A stretch of 62,923 bases of DNA, the filler included, from Choristocarpus tenellus KU-1152 (taxonomy: Eukaryota > Protista > Phaeophyceae): NCBI GenBank assembly GCA_964200185.2. It is 11 parts of 11 records of this genome, joined end to end, with 100 filler letters (N's around TTAATTAATTAA, not from the genome) between each part and the next. Parts side by side here need not be neighbours in the genome. Positions count along the whole stretch, not along the records: positions 37,570 to 41,747 come from CAXNAD020015831.1; positions 41,848 to 45,588 come from CAXNAD020018205.1; positions 45,689 to 58,367 come from CAXNAD020001742.1; 8 more parts are not named here. One strand, given 5' to 3'. Position 1 is the first letter of the stretch. The number at the start of each line of letters is the position of its first letter. The notes below the pieces were generated by a model, which saw only the letters and a list, made by a program, of their open reading frames with translations, searched no databases and was not told the origin of the DNA. Below are positions 38,294 through 51,296 of the stretch, piece after piece. Position numbers and translations under genes: made by a program.

Positions 38294-41200
38294 GTGCATG
38301 CGTGTGTGATACTTTTGCCACATTGTGCTCCCTTTGTGAGATGTAGCAAGTAGCTAGATTGATGCTTACAACCTCACTCTCCTTTCATCTTTTTTTTTGT
38401 TTGATGAACAGTAACTGTTGTATGTTGATTTTTTTTCCACAAGACTAGCAAATAGGATTTGTGCGTACTGGACTTACAGACTTGAGCAAAAGGGTATTAT
38501 TCAGAAAACACACGCACGCACACAGGTGAAATATGCCTACACTATATAATAATTGTGCATATGTACTGACTAATATTTAGTACCAAGGTACTGAATATCT
38601 GCACATCAACAGTAAAAACATAGCCATAGAGTGTTGTTGTCCCGAGAATATTTACCTAATCATCCAACCTAATACCTCCTGCTGACTGGGCCTCTGTCGC
38701 TCCACTATTCTCTCTGCCTGTTTCCTCCCCACCCCACCCCCAAACTAACTTGCCCTGGCCTTAAAAATGCGGTGAAATCAGCCAAGTATGAGGAGGCAGA
38801 GTGTAACATGCCGATGATCTCCGAGCTTGCAGATGCCACTGAGCTATCACTCACAACCCCCATTGTCACTAAGGGAGAGCTCGAGCTAGTGCAGAGGTAT
38901 GGTTAAAAAATTAACATTTTTGTTTTTGTTTTGTTGTATTATCGGAACAACGGGGAAATATCCTGAACAACTGTGGTACACTAAATATCGTGTACCATCT
39001 CTTCTAAGAAGTTGAATATGTATGTATGGAGAAATCCCATTTATCATTTTTCTAAACACACGTATGGATGGCAATGTGTGTAAACCCCCTTATTTTTCGG
39101 GTTTTGTTGTATGTATTAATGGTTCGTTTTCGGGGTATTCAAGCCTTTTTTGTTCTTTTTTTAGTATATAATGCAAATGGTATTTACATAATGCGTGCGA
39201 GGATAACGCCTGCTACTCCGATACTTGAAACCCTGTATTAGTGTATATTATGAAGGTATGAAGGGTAACGTTGTGTGGTAATTGCTTTACGTCACGACCA
39301 ACCACTATACAGATCATCTTGGTCCAGGAACCCTCTTGTAAAACAGTGAAGAATATTCTCTGCGCGTGCGACTCGTGCGTTGGCCGGCATATAAATTTTT
39401 TGGTGATAATGTTTTTCAAAGCTTGAAATTCAGAGGGTTTCAAACGAGTCCCATCTCGTCATCTGAGGGTTTTGTCTTTGTTGAGAAAGGTGTCGGTGAA
39501 TGAAGATATCAGGTCTGAAACGTTAAAACGTGCGGTTACGTGTGGTAGTCTTGCTACTGAGGAGCGTTATTACGAGACATCAGACTTGGCACGATAGGAA
39601 AGGCTAAGGTCATTCATTTCCCCATCAAAAGGGGGCACCTGCTATCGGAGACTACTTTCGACTGTGCAGTTTCTTTCGCAAGGTCCAATTAGGTGCCCGG
39701 TCAAAAATTGCACTGAAGTGCGGGATGGCTACAATGATGATGGATCGATTGTTGAGGGTGGCATCTCAATGCCTGGATGATGGACAAGAGATGGGCATAG
39801 CCTCTGGTCGTAAGGGATGAGCTAGAACAATTGGGTAAGAGGAGGTGGGCTGCGAAGGCCATATGTCACTAAGCGGAAGATGAGATATATCATGGAAATG
39901 GGGGTCAAACTATATCAGGGAGTGATCAAGCTCCTCTCTGACTGGCAAAAGGCCAAAAGGGTGGCCTTGGTCATGAGCAGCATCCTGAAAGAAGGTACGA
40001 GCTTCTGTGTTTGACCCCATCTTTGACCATTTTTCTGGACGAAAAGTGGTTTTGACCTGGTTCCGACCGGGAAAGGGTTTACCTTAGGGGCGGGGACGCC
40101 CACTTAAGTGTCCTGGGGTAAGCAAGTCACGCTTGCCAAAGTTGGTGTTTCTCTCTGCGAAGGCATGCCCCTGTGTTTTGGAGGATGAAACTTGGTGGGA
40201 CGTGAAGATAGGTATTTAGTCACTGACAGAGGGGGTTGTGGCAGCACAATCATCCTGCAATCGCGCCGGAATTGCCGTGGAGAAGAGACTGTCAGTACAA
40301 CAGGTGATCTGGAAGGGGATAGGCGGAGAATGGTGTTTGTAGATTGGTCTTTGGTGGCCAACGGAATTACGTTACTGCAGGCTGCAGGGAAGAACCTAGA
40401 CTTTGGAGAATACTGTTTTTTTTTTCCTATCAGATTCTAAACAGACCTTGATAGTAACCTATACGAACATGTGTTTACCTTCCAAGGCCTTCATTGGTTC
40501 AGGCAAAGGTGTCAGGTGACGGCTCCTTTGACCCTTGACTACTCGCTATTGGAATGATTTCAAGTATCAATATTCGTTACCGGTACAGCCGAAAAACACA
40601 TTGCGAAACCGTGACCACCCCCTGAGTCTGAAACTTACATCCTTTCAGTTTGCAGGTTTATAGTTAGATTGTCAATTTGGTGTCTGGTGTTGGTATGGAT
40701 GGCATCACACTGAGTGGAATTCAAAACATGTAAAGGGGTTTCCATAAACATGGGAAGGCATTCCCAGCAGTTGAGGCCCAGCAAGGCACCGCCTTGTGAG
40801 TCTGTCGTGCAGTCGAGTTGTCTTGACCACGGCCTGTCAGCTGACATCTTTGGCCCAGGGTGTGGCATACAGCTATTAATTATTATGCCCATTTCTCTCT
40901 TGTTTATACTCTCCAGAAACTTGTTTTTTGTTTTTGTCAACATTTGTGACAGAATGTTCAAATGTTGATTCGAGTTTGCTGCTATTCTGATGGTTGTTTG
41001 GTTCGACAAAGGTATACGTGCAGCAACGAGAGAGGGCTAAGAGAGTAGTGCCGACACCTGACATGTTCATTTTTGAAATTTGTAATTAATATTTTTGTTT
41101 TGTTTTTTGTACCGTATCCGCGTCCGTTTCTTTTTTTTTCCCGGGCATGACTCTTGATAGGAAAGCCCGCATGATGTGAACTGTCCTTGGAGTGTCTTGT

Positions 41201-41614
41201 CTTTTGCGCATGATGTTGAGCAACGGTAGAAACGTGTGTGCTGTAATTTTTGGGGGGGAAAAAGACTCCTCTTTAACCCCGGCTTTAAAGAATAAAAATT
41301 ACAATGCTAGAACGCAGTTGACATTTTTCAAATTATTTGTTTCCATCTATTCGCTTTATTGAAATAATAAATAAAAGCTAAGTTTTTAGTCGAGACTTTT
41401 GAAGTGGCTACTGTTTGTTCTTCCTCTCCCCAGACCTGTCATTTGTACCATTGAGTACTGCTGTCTAATGCCCTATCGATCGAATGCGGTATATCTCTCT
41501 CCTTATGCCCCTGCCCCTGCCCCGGCTGTCTCCTGATTTTCATTCGTTGATAGGTTGAAGTGGGACGTGTCCCGAGTCACTGCCATGCATTTCCTAGGGT
41601 ACTACATTAATGAG
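37924..41614 (+). CDS. Cyclin (N-terminal cyclin box; cyclin J-like by eye), partial at both ends
   Basis: Three GT-AG exons in phase: 37924-38032, 38782-38896, 41554-41614. They give TVTIHSAVSFLDELMVLLRYNHRHWRLHAVCCLSIAAKYEEAECNMPMISELADATELSLTTPIVTKGELELVQRLKWDVSRVTAMHFLGYYINE, with the cyclin-box hallmarks H.AV..LD, CL.IAAKYEE and E......L.W. Confidence 0.9.
38253..38296. repeat. (TG)n microsatellite in a cyclin intron
   Basis: Direct reading. Confidence 0.9.
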
Positions 41615-41684
41615 GTACAGTATATAGTATATATGATAGCTTTGTTTTTTTTTTGCTTCAGTATCAGAAAAATAGTGCAAGAAT

Positions 41685-41747
41685 GAGCCAAAGTATCTGG
41701 GGGGGGGGGGGTGGGGGGGGGGGGGGGTCTACACCAGGGTGTCCATT
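41685..41747 (-). mobile_element. MITE family B end (gap-truncated), in a cyclin intron
   Basis: gagccaaagtatct(g)n tctacaccagggtgtccatt. Confidence 0.85.
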
Positions 41748-41847
41748 NNNNNNNNNNNNNNNNNNNNNNNNNNNNNNNNNNNNNNNNNNNNTTAATTAAT
41801 TAANNNNNNNNNNNNNNNNNNNNNNNNNNNNNNNNNNNNNNNNNNNN
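41748..41847. other. Artificial assembly spacer
   Basis: Same pattern. Confidence 0.97.
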
Positions 41848-43901
41848 TTTTTTTTTTCTTCTGACTTAAATACATTTTGGTTCTTTTTCGGTGTATTGAA
41901 ACCAGGTGCAGGCGTATAGCGACTGTGCGCCGAAACCCCCCCCCTCCTGGCGCGTCTGGAAAGATTTTCGCGAATGTAGGACCAAAACCCCCCTTAAGGT
42001 ATTAATATACTTGTGAAGGGTGATTTCACATACTTAACATCTTAGTCATTGACACTCCTTGTCACATAGGTTTTGTAGTAACGACTGCGCCAGTGTTCCA
42101 AATGGGGTTTCGGTTTAGTCGGTAGTACGGTGAGTCAAAACTGAAGAAGCACCCAGATTTTGGACATTTTGGGATTTCAAGTCACTTTTAAAATCTTTTG
42201 TAATTCAACCTGATATATATATGGATTAAGTACTAAGATTGACTTTAGGTTATTGATTTCTCTCTATTGTTGAGAATTCTTGACAGAGTACAGAAAATTT
42301 CCTACACGCATTTGTCCAAAAAGTCGAAATTTGCACATATTTGTCAGCATCCTTAAAATGCGACCCTCAGAACCTCTCGTTTCCTTTGACTCGGTGTGAC
42401 GAAGAAAAATTGATGGCAGCAGCTTGTCGACTTGCTTGTACCAATTGAAGTAAACGTGTCGTATCACTCCGCTGAGTAAACTGTGCACTTCTTGGAGTAA
42501 ATTTGTTTTGGACAAGGTAATCCCCACCACCACCAACAATCCCCAACCTCTTTTTGACCCCAAGAAAAACCTGCATAATCGACTACTTTCACCTCTCCCC
42601 CCCTTGGATTGACCTAATTGATGCAACCGCAGCTTGGTTCGAATCACTTCTTACTTCTCACGAAGAAAGAACTGCGTCTGTCTTTCAGGTTAATTTTTAC
42701 TTATTCCTATACACAAAACAAACTCTAGTGTACATTCAAGCACCCTGAAGTATGTGAGACACTGTAAACACAGATGCCTTCATGAGTGTCCAGCCCTAAT
42801 CTAGAGCCTTGTCTTCGGAATCACTCCATGTTTGCCTGTGCTGCCCCAGCTCTTCCCCACACTCAACCCGTTCTCGGCATCAGCTATTCTTTCCCTCGTT
42901 CCTCTCAAGCATCTAATGGTCGCACCATATGAGGAGCTGGCCACACTCCTCCTAGGCAAAGTCAGTGGCGATACTAGTGGCTCCAGAACAGGTCCTGGGG
43001 AGGCTGCTGGGACTTGTGGGGGTTGCGTGGTGACAGCACAGGCACTTCGTGGGTTCTGTGACATCATCCGATTTGGAGAACCTGGTGTTGAAAGAGGGGT
43101 ATAAACAATTTGAGAGCATTGACGAGTGTCGTTTTGTAGTGGGGACAATGCAATTGGAAGGGCACCCTACTCAAGGCTACAAACAAGCCCAAGCATTTCT
43201 CTTGAGATGCAATACAAGCCATCACGGCAAACGCCAGATGCTACACAACTTAGTAGAGAGAGAGGAATGAGTGCTGACAGGATGTCCAATAGTCCATTTG
43301 CTGTAGGAGGAGTAGGAACAACCATGTTCCCACTTGCTGTAGGAGTGGGAACTATGTTCCTATTGCAAGCAGCACAGATAATATTAATTTACCACAGGTG
43401 CTGTTGACTCTTGCACATGTACATATTATAGAGGCGCATATATATGAGTGTTCAGGGCAAAATACTTTGATTCTTCTGCTGCTATATGAAGGGCTGGCAA
43501 CTCCTGAAGAAGTGACATTCCGAATGGCCACGGAGATCCCGATTTCCTAATGGGGGATAAATGTAAAAAACCAAATTTAAGGCTCAAGGTACGATAAACA
43601 CAGTATTTGTAGAAAGAAACGGTACTATATCAGCCCCACCCATATTGGTTGCAGTGCAGATTGCTGTCTAAATGTGGGAAGTCTATAGTCTCCCCCACAC
43701 ACCTCTTTCCCATTTGATCCTGATTTCGCCTTAGGGCAAAGACTCGTCACTTCAACAGTCGGAAGGAATGAGCAACTTGACCACGCTTTAGTTGTTAGTA
43801 AAGAAGGGATTTCAAAGCTCACAAGACGGATGACTCTTCTCTTTGTTGGAATATCATCAAGTACAAATTTCCAGAGAGCTATTAGCAGGAGGTAGCTATC
43901 A

Positions 43902-44048
43902 GACACCAAACGTATCTGGGGGAGGGGGTGTAAAGTGCACTTACATTATCCACCCGACATATGCAACCAAATTACCCAAAAATCACGACATGAAAAAATT
44001 GGCCCCAAATGGAAAACCGCCACCCCCCCCCCCCAGATAATTTGAGCC
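43902..44048 (-). mobile_element. MITE family B, internally deleted copy
   Basis: Reverse match to 11892-12005; both degenerate TIRs present; possible TSD aga. Confidence 0.85.
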
Positions 44049-45412
44049 AGAACCCGACAGTGTTCAACATATGGTAGTGTAGGCTTGATTCAAGTTGTGC
44101 ATACAAGGAGGGAGGAGGTCATATAATGTTCACCACATTGTTTACCTATGTGGAGGTGCTCGCTCAGTCGGTTCACATGTTTCAAAGTTCATGACAAAAT
44201 AATATTTCGAATGACACTGGAGAACTCCTCCACAGTAGTGCTCTATCTCAACAGTGTAATTTTTCCTTTGGAATATCAACTATGTGTGTACTGGTGACTC
44301 CATACCTAAAATGAAGCAGGCACGTTGTCATCCGCAACATCCATCCGTGCCACAGAAGGATAGAGGTGCAGAGTACAAATATATAGATGAGTGTGGCCAA
44401 TTCAAAACATTTAACACTGAATGGATAGCGTGACATCTCAAAGAACACACACATGCACACACGAACTGCATGCTGATGAATATTTCTAGAGTGTACACAC
44501 AGAGAAGATGTCCCTAGGACTGTGAGCAGACAACGATGGTCCAAAAATAGGTGGTGAAATTGGCATAGAAAAGAGCCTTCAAGTCCCTGCCTTAATGTAC
44601 TTATCAGGTGGTAATGAGGTGTTTCATTAGATGACCTACAGTTCAAGTTGCTGATCCAATTTGTCCCATACATACTTTCCAAAATAACTAGCTACATCTC
44701 TCCACCTAGCTAACCCACAAGTATTGTACTTTGAAGTAGGTCACAAGATTTTAACTGAACCTTTGAGTCTTGCTGGTCAATGTTAAAGCAATACTAATCA
44801 CTTCAAAGGAAAATAATCCCCCCAGAAAAAGGAAAAAGGCAAGAACGAAAGTAAAAGAGACGTACCCAGGGTTGCATTCTTAAGGATGCCGACAAATTTG
44901 CAAAATCTGCCAATTTTTCAAATGTGCATGGGGACTTTTCTGAATTCTGTTCAAAAGTTTCAAGCAACAGAGAAATCAATGATCTCAAGTCAATGTTCAC
45001 ACTTGACCCATAGAAATAGGGATGAATTGCAAAAAACGACTCAAAGGAAAAACTGCGAAAGCTGGAAGCACATTTGGGGAGATAGATCACAATCTCCAGC
45101 TCCCCAAAAAATTGTCTTTCGTGCTAAAATCATTAATGTCTCATGCAACAACTCCGGATCATCGAGCATGATGATCACCAGGACATTAATAATAGTAGTT
45201 GGAGGAAGACATGAACCTGACCCTCTTGTTAAAGAGGAACCACAAGAAGAGCTCTACTTCCACGAAGTACAAAAGTTATTTTTCCAACTTCTTCAGGGGT
45301 AGCCAGATACAAACTCCAGAGTATGTTCTAAACATTATTTCAAAGAATGGCAGACAACATCACAACCACAAAGAAGGGTTCGCCTACTGGTATACAGCAA
45401 TTATAGTCAGTT

Positions 45413-45588
45413 GAGTGAAAGTATCTTAGAGGGTATGAGTTTTGCCCTGTTTGTCCATTTGGGGCTTGGCTTCCCATGGGTTCTTTTACGACATTTTCCT
45501 ACTCCAAAATGTTTCAGAGTAGGGAAAGTGTGTACACTATGAAAATGTGTTTCCGAAACATGGATATTGATACTTCCTAACAGACACG
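45413..45588 (+). mobile_element. MITE family A, truncated by gap
   Basis: Left TIR and internal sequence match family A. Confidence 0.9.
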
Positions 45589-45688
45589 NNNNNNNNNNNN
45601 NNNNNNNNNNNNNNNNNNNNNNNNNNNNNNNNTTAATTAATTAANNNNNNNNNNNNNNNNNNNNNNNNNNNNNNNNNNNNNNNNNNNN
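45589..45688. other. Artificial assembly spacer
   Basis: Same pattern. Confidence 0.97.
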
Positions 45689-46347
45689 AATAGTAATAGT
45701 AGTAGTAGTAGTAGTAGTAGTAATAGTAGTAACAACAATACAAGCATGCATCGCACAAAACTCATCATATTTCTTACTTCTACTATCAATGGTTGTGTAA
45801 AAAGAATAATAATCAGAACTAGAAGAGGGTCAAGAACAATATTCCAGGGAGATCAAATGTTAGAATCCCTTTCGTTGAAAAAAATTTCAGGTTTTAATTT
45901 TACAAGGGTAAACACATGCATCATTGCATGTGATACAATTAAGACATTTTGGAGGCATGTGCATGCGGATGGCATACAGAATATCCAAATAAATGGTAAA
46001 AAAAAACTGGTTATCAGTTGGTTGTGATTAATCAGGTGTGACCAACAATATTGGCATGGAACCTACCATAACCAATTAAACATTACAGCTGGGTGAGATA
46101 TCTCAGAGGGTGACCAGGGTACTGTTGCTGCAGTCTCCAACAACTGCGTTGAAGGAAGCTTCCACAGGGGAATGTCTTCTATAGTAGTCGGTACTCTCTG
46201 TCCTGGATAATCATCACGCACATAACTAAAGCTGGAGTCACAGAAAACAAAGCCAAAGACTATGTATGTTTCATACACCATATCCCAACTTGGACTTCCT
46301 GCAACAAAGATTCTTTTTTATTCCTTCTGGATCTATCTTGGCCCCCA

Positions 46348-46370
46348 CCTAACCCTAACTCTAACCCTAA
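46348..46370. repeat. Short interstitial telomeric-type repeat (CCCTAA)n
   Basis: cctaaccctaactctaaccctaa, just inside the intron following the last identified PPR exon. Confidence 0.7.
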
Positions 46371-46385
46371 TTACACCCCTCTCAC

Positions 46386-49300
46386 CACAATGTCCCCTCC
46401 AGTGGCAATCATCACTCGCAGAAGCTCCAAGGCCCTCTCCCACTTGCCAGCCTTTCCCAATGCCTTTATTGTGGTGTTGAAGCTTACCCTGTCTGCCCGA
46501 GCACCCCATCCATCATCCTTTCCACCCTCTGTGTCCCCAGTTTGCTCTCCTCCTCTCTCTCCCCAATGGCACAGCTTCTCAAGTAGTTTTTCTGCCACAC
46601 GCCATTGCCCTCCCTTTGCGCAGCTTTCATTGCATATACACATTTTGGTTATATTATTATATTCATCCAGTAGTGAAGAAAGAGGGGGTGGATGACATTG
46701 GTCAGGCTGCAAAGAGATAGCAGGTACTAAGCTATGCGATAATGATTATTGTAACAACTATATACAACAAATACAAAGTATTTGAATACTGGACCATCTG
46801 ATAGCCGTTGTAGGTGCTTGTGAAACGATCTGAATGAAAAAAAATTCTGCCTCATCACTGCAAAAAATGCAACATCCAAGGTTTTAGTCCCTTGACACTA
46901 CAGAGGCCAAAGATCAGTATGATTACAACCACAGCAAAACATCACATTTGTGGTAATCATGCATCTCAAGCATTTGTACTTTGGGACCCACTGCAATCGC
47001 AGTCAAGGCATGTGCTCTTGTACATAAACCTTCTGGTCTTGTGAGCAAGCAAAGGTGCCAGTGGACAACTGCAATTAATCATGTAAGTGGTACATGTAAG
47101 TGGTACATGTAAGTGGTACATGTAAGTGGTACATGTAAGTGGTACATGTAAGTGGTACATGCCAATCAAATGAACACCGGTAGCAAAGAACACCACAAAA
47201 TGTCAGGGAGAAGTAGAAAGGTTCAAGTCTATGTCCACTAGAGGTTCACAACACACAAATACATGGTACACCAACACATAAAGGTTATATGAACCAAGTA
47301 CTCACGCATTGATGACAATGTTGAAGGTTCTACTATTTGGTCGGCGATTTTCAGGGGAATTTGCAGAGGACATCTCTCCAAGCATTTGTACAGCCAATTC
47401 CCACCTCCCTGCATTGCCACACCTGGGGTAAGCATTGACACAGCATTTAGATCATGATCTCATGAACCCAGTCCTGGGCTTTCTGTTCTTTTCTTGTGTT
47501 CATTTCTTCAGAGGGTTTCATTGAGATATTGCATCAAATTGACAATTCACCCTGAAAGAACAGAGGTCGGGACAGAGAGACAGACCATCAAATAATTGAC
47601 ACCTGGATAGATCTATGGACTCACGCATTGATGGCAGCATTAAGGGTTGGGGTGGTGACCTGAATCCCCTCCTTCTTCATCTGGCCAAGGAGGACAAGGG
47701 CATCTTGCCAAAGCTTCACCTTTCCACAGGCATTGATAGCTGCATTGAAAGCATATTCATTGGGCTGAGGGAATACAGTAGAGAGAGAGAGTATATCAAA
47801 AGAGGACAATATTTTGTAATTGATTAGATCAGGGAATTTGCAGCATCACGATTGAAGAACAGGAAGGAAGGAATGCCAGGAAAGGGTTGAGAAGCAGTAA
47901 ATACGCTTGGATTATTCGCTGATGTCCAAGAAATCACATAACATAGCTAAATGACAAGGTTAGGCATGAGTCGTAAGTTGGCAATCACAACTGACTGGCA
48001 ATTTGGGGGGGAACACGGCAAAGAGATGTGTCATTTCAGTGCCTGAGAGGGAATTCCAGCCCAGTTTGCTGCAGTCTAATGCAAAGGGGTTGTGTTTCAT
48101 GGAAACCTAAGGTCTCACCCTGACACCATCTTGTTGCATTTCCTCCAGAAATGAAACTGCCCTCTGCCACTTGCCTGCTTTTGCACAGGCATTAATGCAT
48201 CCTACATAACTATACTCGTCTCGTGGTACTCCCTCTTGCTTCATGCGATTCAACTGGGATATCGCTTCCCGCCACCTGGATGAACAAAGTCCATAGTTAA
48301 GGGGTATTAACATGTTGACCTTTCAGCAAGAAACTTCCATCATACTGGACCACAATACTTAGATCAAAGAGAAGGAAGAAAAACTCATCATCCAAGACTT
48401 GGATCCATTGCTTCAAGTTAGAAAAAATACACAAACTTTCGAAGGCATACTGCGCCAAAGTTTTCATGGCAAGTAACTGTGTGGAGGAGGGGAAGCACAT
48501 CATGATTGTTCTACCACAAACACCATCCACAAAAGGTGAGCTTCCAGCTTACCTCCCATTCCTGCCTAGTGACGATATGGCGGTATTGTACACCACCGTA
48601 CACATTTCCACCTGTCCATCTTCTCTGGCAGAGTCCTTCTCACCCCAACCAAGCAATAGAGTCGGGAAACAGATAGGGAAAGGGATACGCCAGAGCAATA
48701 TGTAAGAGTTACATAGATATAAATATATCTAATATTTGACCATGGTTGCACCATCTACGCCGCCTGAAGGCCTATTTTTCAACCAGTTCACGCGTCATCG
48801 AGCACATAAGCACATACGAATGTATGTTCTAGTCCAAACTAGGAGGTGGCCTACGACAGAGAGTTACGCCCGCATCCACCTTCTGCAACCGCAATCCAAG
48901 AGCTTGTTGATTGAAAGTTCAAGGTGCTCACCATCACCGCTAGTACCCCCTCCCAGTTGCAGTCTCCTCCAAGGCCTTTGAGTTCATGTACTAGAGCCTG
49001 TTCCTCCTCGTCATCATAGTAAAGTTCTCTCTCCACCTCAGGCGTGTCTTGCACACCTTGTCCTGTTTCCTCTCCAGCTGTCAGTGGAACGGATGGTCCT
49101 AGCACCGTATCTACCGCAGGTCCCAAAGTCGAACTTTCCACGTTACACGACTCGAACTCTCTATCATCTCGTCCTTGTACCTTACTCCATCTCACTCCCG
49201 CGTCTGTCCGGCAGACAGCAGCAGATCCCCCGAGGATCTCATCCTCCGCCTTAGTTCCAAGAGTTGATATTGCACCATATCTGCGGCGGCGGCGGAAAAT

Positions 49301-49492
49301 ATCGACTCTCGGTCCGTCACTCCTCACTGACAAGGGGAGGAAATAGTCTCGATGAACATGATAGCCTCTACATTTTGACACCTGGCCTAGGGTGCGCGCA
49401 GAAGAACTCGAGGGGATAACGAAACTCAACACTCCCCCTCTCTCCGAGATCTCCAACCTTGTGGTCGGGACCATAGTCCTCTGGCCCTCCAT
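46386..49492 (-). CDS. Pentatricopeptide repeat (P-type PPR) protein, multi-exon, 3'-partial (next exon not found before the contig end)
   Basis: Six exons with GT-AG boundaries and consistent phases: 49492-48932, 48635-48553, 48275-48119, 47764-47625, 47422-47306, 46623-46386 (1296 nt, 432 codons, no stops). Tandem ~35-aa motifs: VVYNTAISSLGRNGRWREAISQLNRMKQEGVPRD, YSYVGCINACAKAGKWQRAVSFLEEMQQDGVRPN, YAFNAAINACGKVKLWQDALVLLGQMKKEGIQVT, TLNAAINACGNAGRWELAVQMLGEM, TFNIVINACAKGGQWRVAEKLLEKL, VSFNTTIKALGKAGKWERALELLRVM. Start codon uncertain (an upstream exon is possible). Confidence 0.93.
47080..47161. repeat. Perfect 13-bp tandem repeat (catgtaagtggta) x6.3 in a PPR intron
   Basis: Direct reading. 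Confidence 0.95.
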
Positions 49493-50030
49493 CACATATC
49501 TTTTGGTTGTGTGAAGCGGATGGTTGCTTCAAGGTCAAAGTTGTTCAATATCATAATAGTAGTAGGGGTGGAAGAATTTTAGTAGTACAGTGACAGGCGT
49601 CAGCCACCTGACAAATCCCTAACTCTCGATAACAATATCACCATAATTCAATTCACACTCAACTCCTTTTGTCCTCCCAAAAAATTATATTATGCCAACT
49701 AAAATTTTACACATACATGTATGTCGTCATAGGGGGGAAAAGAAGAAGCATGTAAGGCACAGAAAACATTTTCCTCCTAACCTTATCATAATCTCACGAT
49801 AGGTGATTTGTTTTTACAACACTGGTTAGCCCTACCTCTTCTTTTTTGCTTGCAGTGCCTGCAGCCCAGACTCGAGGGATCTGGGGGCAATAATTGAGGG
49901 GCGGTAGGGAACAACTACTCTACGCCTCTTCTTACTCTGCCCTTCCTTGAACTGCGTGGATTTTCTAATATAAAGTAAGTCTGACTCCTGTGATATACTT
50001 CCCTCAGTTGTTGCATATCTTCCTTTGCAG

Positions 50031-50418
50031 TGAACCAAAAGAATTGAGAGGTAGGCAGGGTTGCATTCTAAGGATCCCGAGAAAGGGTAAAAAGAAGCCA
50101 TTTTGAACAATTGTGTCTTTTTGTATATGGAAAGAACAGCAGATTTCAAAAATTGAGGATGGAACTTTTCATTGAGGATGGGCTTGACCCAAAATTGACT
50201 GGGAGAAAGTATCGATATGTTTTTTTTTGTAATGTGATCACATAATACAAAAAAAAACATATCGAGCCCATCCTCAATGAAAAGCTCCATCCTCAATTTT
50301 TGAAATCTGTTGTTAAAGGGGAAATATCAATTTCGCGTACACTATTGTACAGGTTAACAAAGGCGATTTTGAATGCAAAGGGGTCCAAGCCTGCCTACCT
50401 CTCATTTGGTTTGGTTCA
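50031..50418. mobile_element. Older TIR element hosting the family D insertion
   Basis: Inverted repeats tgaaccaaaagaattgagaggtaggcagg (50031-50059) / cctgcctacctctcatttggtttggttca (50390-50418). Confidence 0.6.
50135..50314. mobile_element. MITE family D (long TIRs, near-palindromic), complete, 4-bp TSD AAAG
   Basis: aaag|aacagcagatttcaaaaattgaggatgg...ccatcctcaatttttgaaatctgttgtt|aaag; ~50-bp TIR. Confidence 0.9.
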
Positions 50419-51142
50419 AGTACAACATTGCTGCTGTTGGTAGTACTTCAGAGTAGTATTTCACAGTACAACAGTGCTGCTGCTAATATGAGTCTATAGG
50501 GGAAAGCTTAATGATGACCAAGAAAGTTTATGCAGCACCAAATAGCACGGGACATTATACTCTCCTGGAGATTGTAAATCCTAGTCCAATCCTAATCCTA
50601 ACCCTAACCCACAGGTAGTCTTCCAGCTCTTCCAGATATCCTCCATGCCTTGGAGTTATCCTATCTTCTTAGTGTCTTTGTATCTGAGGGATTAAGGCTG
50701 CATGAATTTCACAGGACTGAACCCCGTTGGTGCCAGACTTCTTTTCACGGATCTCTGGTTTTGATTTTTCAATTCCATGAGGCAAGCACCTCATATTGTA
50801 CACTTAGTCGTATGATACTATTGATATCCTGTCTGTAACCATACCACAAAAACGCTGGACCAAGAGAGTCAAATTGTCCTAGAATGGGGTGGTCTTTCTG
50901 TCAATGGGTTGTCTCAACGAGTGTATCTGATTTGTATCTTGACGTCCCTATTCCCCCCAATTCAATGACAAACCATGCATCCACAGTCTTTCCTACTACA
51001 TCCACAGACTCCTGGTGGAGGTTTTCTGAACTTACGCTTTGAAAATTGGATGTCAGGCATCACACTTGCCAGCTTCTTAATATCAATTTTAGATACAACA
51101 TCTACTCTATACTATGTACTAGTATTTTACCATAACACCAGC

Positions 51143-51162
51143 TGTAGTAGTAGAAATAATAA

Positions 51163-51198
<36 letters not shown>

Positions 51199-51218
51199 TA
51201 GTGGTAGTAGTAGTAGTG

Positions 51219-51249
<31 letters not shown>

Positions 51250-51296
51250 GAGGAGGAGGAGGAGGAGTAGTAGTAGTAGTAGTAGTAGTGTAGTAG
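51143..51296. repeat. Compound (TAG)n/(GAG)n microsatellite
   Basis: Direct reading; similar (TAG)n at 45689-45730. Confidence 0.95.

Noticed and set aside
41900-45400. Several 70-140-aa ORFs as genes or an endogenous virus segment
   Set aside because: Stop-riddled, with no recognisable domain or viral hallmark; cannot be supported without a search.
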